Shown: one piece after another, positions 61,501-64,000 of the stretch
Layout of the letters: each line of letters opens with the position of its first letter
Position numbering within the stretch: the first letter of the stretch is position 1
Assembly (NCBI GenBank): GCA_904063045.1
Contig: CAJFCJ010000019.1
Coordinates: 1,627,700 to 1,691,699 of the forward strand
Length of the DNA: 64,000 nucleotides
Reading direction: 5' to 3'
Source: Dimorphilus gyrociliatus
Taxonomy: Eukaryota; Animalia; Annelida
Notes under the pieces: generated by a model
What the model was told of the DNA's origin: nothing
Databases searched by the model: none
What the model saw: only the letters and a program-made list of their open reading frames with translations
Made by a program: the position numbers and the translations under genes

Positions 61501-63422
61501 AGTGCTAGGTCTTCCTGTTCCCCAGCTTCCAGTTCCCCAATCACCAGTGCTAGGTCTTCCTGTTCCCCAACTTCCAGTTCCCCATTTACCAGTGCTAGGT
61601 CTTCCTGTTCCCCAGCTTCCAGTTCCCCAATCACCAGTGCTAGGTCGTCCTGTTCCCCAGCTTCCAGTTCCCCATTTTCCTGTACTGGGCTTTCCAGTTC
61701 CCCATTTACCAGTGCTAGGTCTTCCTGTTCCCCAGCTTCCAGTTCCCCAGTCACCAGTGCTGGGTCTTCCTGTTCCCCAACTTCCAGTTCCCCATTTACC
61801 AGTGCTAGGTCTTCCTGTTCCCCAGCTTCCAGTTCCCCAATCACCAGTGCTAGGTCTTCCTGTTTCCCAACTTCCAGTTCCCCATTTACCAGTGCTAGGT
61901 CTTCCTGTTCCCCAGCTTCCAGTTCCCCAATCACCAGTGCTAGGTCGTCCTGTTCCCCAGCTTCCAGTTCCCCATTTTCCTGTACTGGGCTTTCCAGTTC
62001 CCCATTTACCAGTGCTAGGTCTTCCTGTTCCCCAGCTTCCAGTTCCCCAGTCACCAGTGCTGGGTCTTCCTGTTCCCCAACTTCCAGTTCCCCATTTACC
62101 AGTGCTAGGTCTTCCTGTTCCCCAGCTTCCAGTTCCCCAATCACCAGTGCTAGGTCTTCCTGTTTCCCAACTTCCAGTTCCCCATTTACCAGTGCTAGGT
62201 CTTCCTGTTCCCCAGCTTCCAGTTCCCCAATCACCAGTGCTAGGTCGTCCTGTTCCCCAGCTTCCAGTTCCCCAATCACCAGTGCTAGGTCGTCCTGTTC
62301 CCCAGCTTCCAGTTCCCCATTTTCCTGTACTGGGCTTTCCAGTTCCCCATTTACCAGTGCTAGGTCTTCCTGTTCCCCAGCTTCCAGTTCCCCAGTCACC
62401 AGTGCTAGGTCTTCCTGTTCCCCAACTTCCAGTTCCCCAATCACCAGTGCTAGGTCGTCCTGTTCCCCAGCTTCCAGTTCCCCATTTTCCTGTACTGGGC
62501 TTTCCAGTTCCCCATTTACCAGTGCTAGGTCTTCCTGTTCCCCAGCTTCCAGTTCCCCAGTCACCAGTGCTAGGTCGTCCTGTTCCCCAACTTCCAGTTC
62601 CCCATTTACCAGTGCTAGGTCTTCCTGTTCCCCAACTTCCAGTTCCCCATTTTCCTGTACTGGGCTTTCCGGTTCCCCAATAACCAGTGCCAGATCTTCC
62701 TGTTCCATATCTTCCAGTTCCCCATCTTCCTGTTCCCCATTTGCCAGTTCCATATTTTCCAGTTCCCCATCTACCTGTTCCCTGTTTGCCAGTTCCCCAC
62801 TGGCAAACACATGGTCCACTAGTTCCCCAATCGCCTGTTCCCCAATCTCCTGTTCCCCAATCACTTGTTCCCCAATCACCTGTTCCCCAATCACCTGTTC
62901 CCCAATCGCTTGTTCCCCAATCGCCTGTTCCCCAGTCACTAGTTCCCCAATCACCAGTTCCCCAATCACCAGTTCCCCAATCGCTTGTTCCCCAATCGCC
63001 TGTTCCCCAATCACCTGTTCCCCAATCACCTGTTCCCCAATCACTAGTTCCCCAATCACTAGTTCCCCAATCACCAGTTCCCCAGTCACTAGTTCCCCAA
63101 TCACCAGTTCCCCAATCACCAGTTCCCCAATTGCCAGTTCCCCAATCGCCAGTTCCCCAATCACTTGTTCCCCAACCATTTGTTCCGCGACCGCCTGTTG
63201 CCCATCCAGGTTGGTCGCTTTCACATGTAGGAATTGACGAATTCCAATATTCCCACCAAACCCAAGGTGGATAATCTACTGAAATTTCTGAAAGAAAGTT
63301 AAATGATTAAAACATTAAAAAGTTTTTTGATTCTTACTTCTTGATTCTGCATAGCTTTGAAGAAGAACAAGTAGCACAAGGAGACGGAGCAACATTGTGC
63401 TTGTCAGCCCTTGAATGTTCAT
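58593..63422 (-). CDS. 1368-aa type I membrane protein: signal peptide, WG/GW pentapeptide repeat, WAP-like, thyroglobulin-1 x2, Kunitz, Cys-rich x2, SEA-like, TM
   Basis: Exons 63422-63338, 63278-60942, 60891-60751, 60688-60446, 60368-60204, 60135-59578, 59519-59429, 59373-59310, 59236-59153, 58994-58740, 58676-58593; all GT-AG and phase-consistent (4107 nt). Signal MLLRLLVLLVLLQSYAES; Kunitz RYYYD...C..F.Y.G..GNKNNF; TY QC...CFCVD; TM LLALIISGVVAFLCVIGLVVMIAFWL. Confidence 0.85.
60979..63174 (-). repeat. Coding tandem repeat, 15-nt base unit with 30-, 45- and 300-nt higher-order units
   Basis: Plus strand (acc agt tcc cca atc)-type units; about 2.2 kb; blocks 300 nt apart (e.g. 61681 vs 61981, 61741 vs 62041) are identical. 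Confidence 0.98.
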
Positions 63423-64000
63423 AACCAAATAAAATATGACGACAAATAATTCTTATATCAATGTTCTCAATATTAACAATATTGATTGAAATTGAGAAAT
63501 TCTTTAATATATAGTTTAAATCAGAATGTATTAGATATTATTGTCAGGAAAACATATCAGGTCATATTAATTATTTTAGTGAATGTCATTCTTTAGTTAA
63601 AAGTTAATGAGTAGAATTGGTAAGTAGTGTACTTCTAATTACAAATAAAAAATAGAAGTTTTTTGCTTTTTCAATAGTTTCTTTAAAAGCTTAGTGGAGC
63701 CATCTATTGTACTTTATTTTTTTCTCTTCGCTGAATGGTCACTTGCCAAGTTATTTGCATTAAAATTTTCAATGTAAACAAATGGTCTCCTGTTTTCTCA
63801 GTAATGGAAGTGTAATTTGGCAAAAAGTCCATAGTAGATTAATTATATGAAATAAAATTTTAGTTTAGCAAACTAATTAAGTGTTTTTCTAAATTAGGTT
63901 TGCCGTAAAAAGATAAATATATTTGTAATAAGCTGAGGCCGGCAAAGTTAATTTGCATATGCGCAACAATACATATTTTGATCTTAATTCGTTTCTCTTA

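Noticed and set aside
60979-63174. Argonaute-binding GW/WG platform or CRISPR-like array
   Set aside because: The repeat follows a signal peptide and precedes a TM helix, so it is topologically extracellular. There is no repeat-spacer structure and the context is eukaryotic.
60943-63274. Long ORF-track ORFs of 764 aa (+, Ser/Pro), 663 aa (-, GEL), 463 and 195 aa (+, PV) and 85 aa
   Set aside because: Shadow frames of a stop-poor repeat. Only the WGTGx frame links by phase-correct splice sites to a signal peptide and to downstream domains.

Overview
AT-rich, very gene-dense eukaryotic (animal) DNA with about 22 protein-coding genes, mostly short GT-AG introns (about 45-80 nt) and intergenic gaps often of 200-500 bp. 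The repertoire and compaction suggest a miniaturised invertebrate, probably spiralian, genome; that is an inference only. Genes in order: EGF-repeat membrane protein (+), orphan class A GPCR (+), TTC41/NPHP3-like NACHT-TPR protein (+), SIRT1 (-), atlastin (-), TRERF1/ZNF541 (+), TRMT61B (-), SGSM3 (+), cyclin C (-), atypical DUSP (+), HSF1 (-), clarin (+), M14 carboxypeptidase (+), TDP2 (+), a decayed Tc1-like transposase (-), a Met-less 7-exon orphan ORF (-), ZDHHC17 (-), CCDC105/TEKTL1 (-), CEP44 (+), a 160-aa orphan (-), LRR membrane protein (+), WDR49/WDR64-like protein (+). The standout is the last gene (58593-63422, -), whose main frame is absent from the ORF track. A phase-consistent 11-exon model gives a 1368-aa type I membrane protein: signal peptide, about 146 [W/Y/P]-[G/S]-T-[G/S]-x pentapeptides in an acidic then a basic block punctuated by CxC linkers, then WAP-like, two thyroglobulin-1, a 2-disulfide Kunitz, two unnamed Cys-rich and a SEA-like module, TM helix and short tail. 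No rRNA, tRNA or CRISPR features were recognised. All gene models were made by hand and all homology calls are from memory of family motifs, not database searches.
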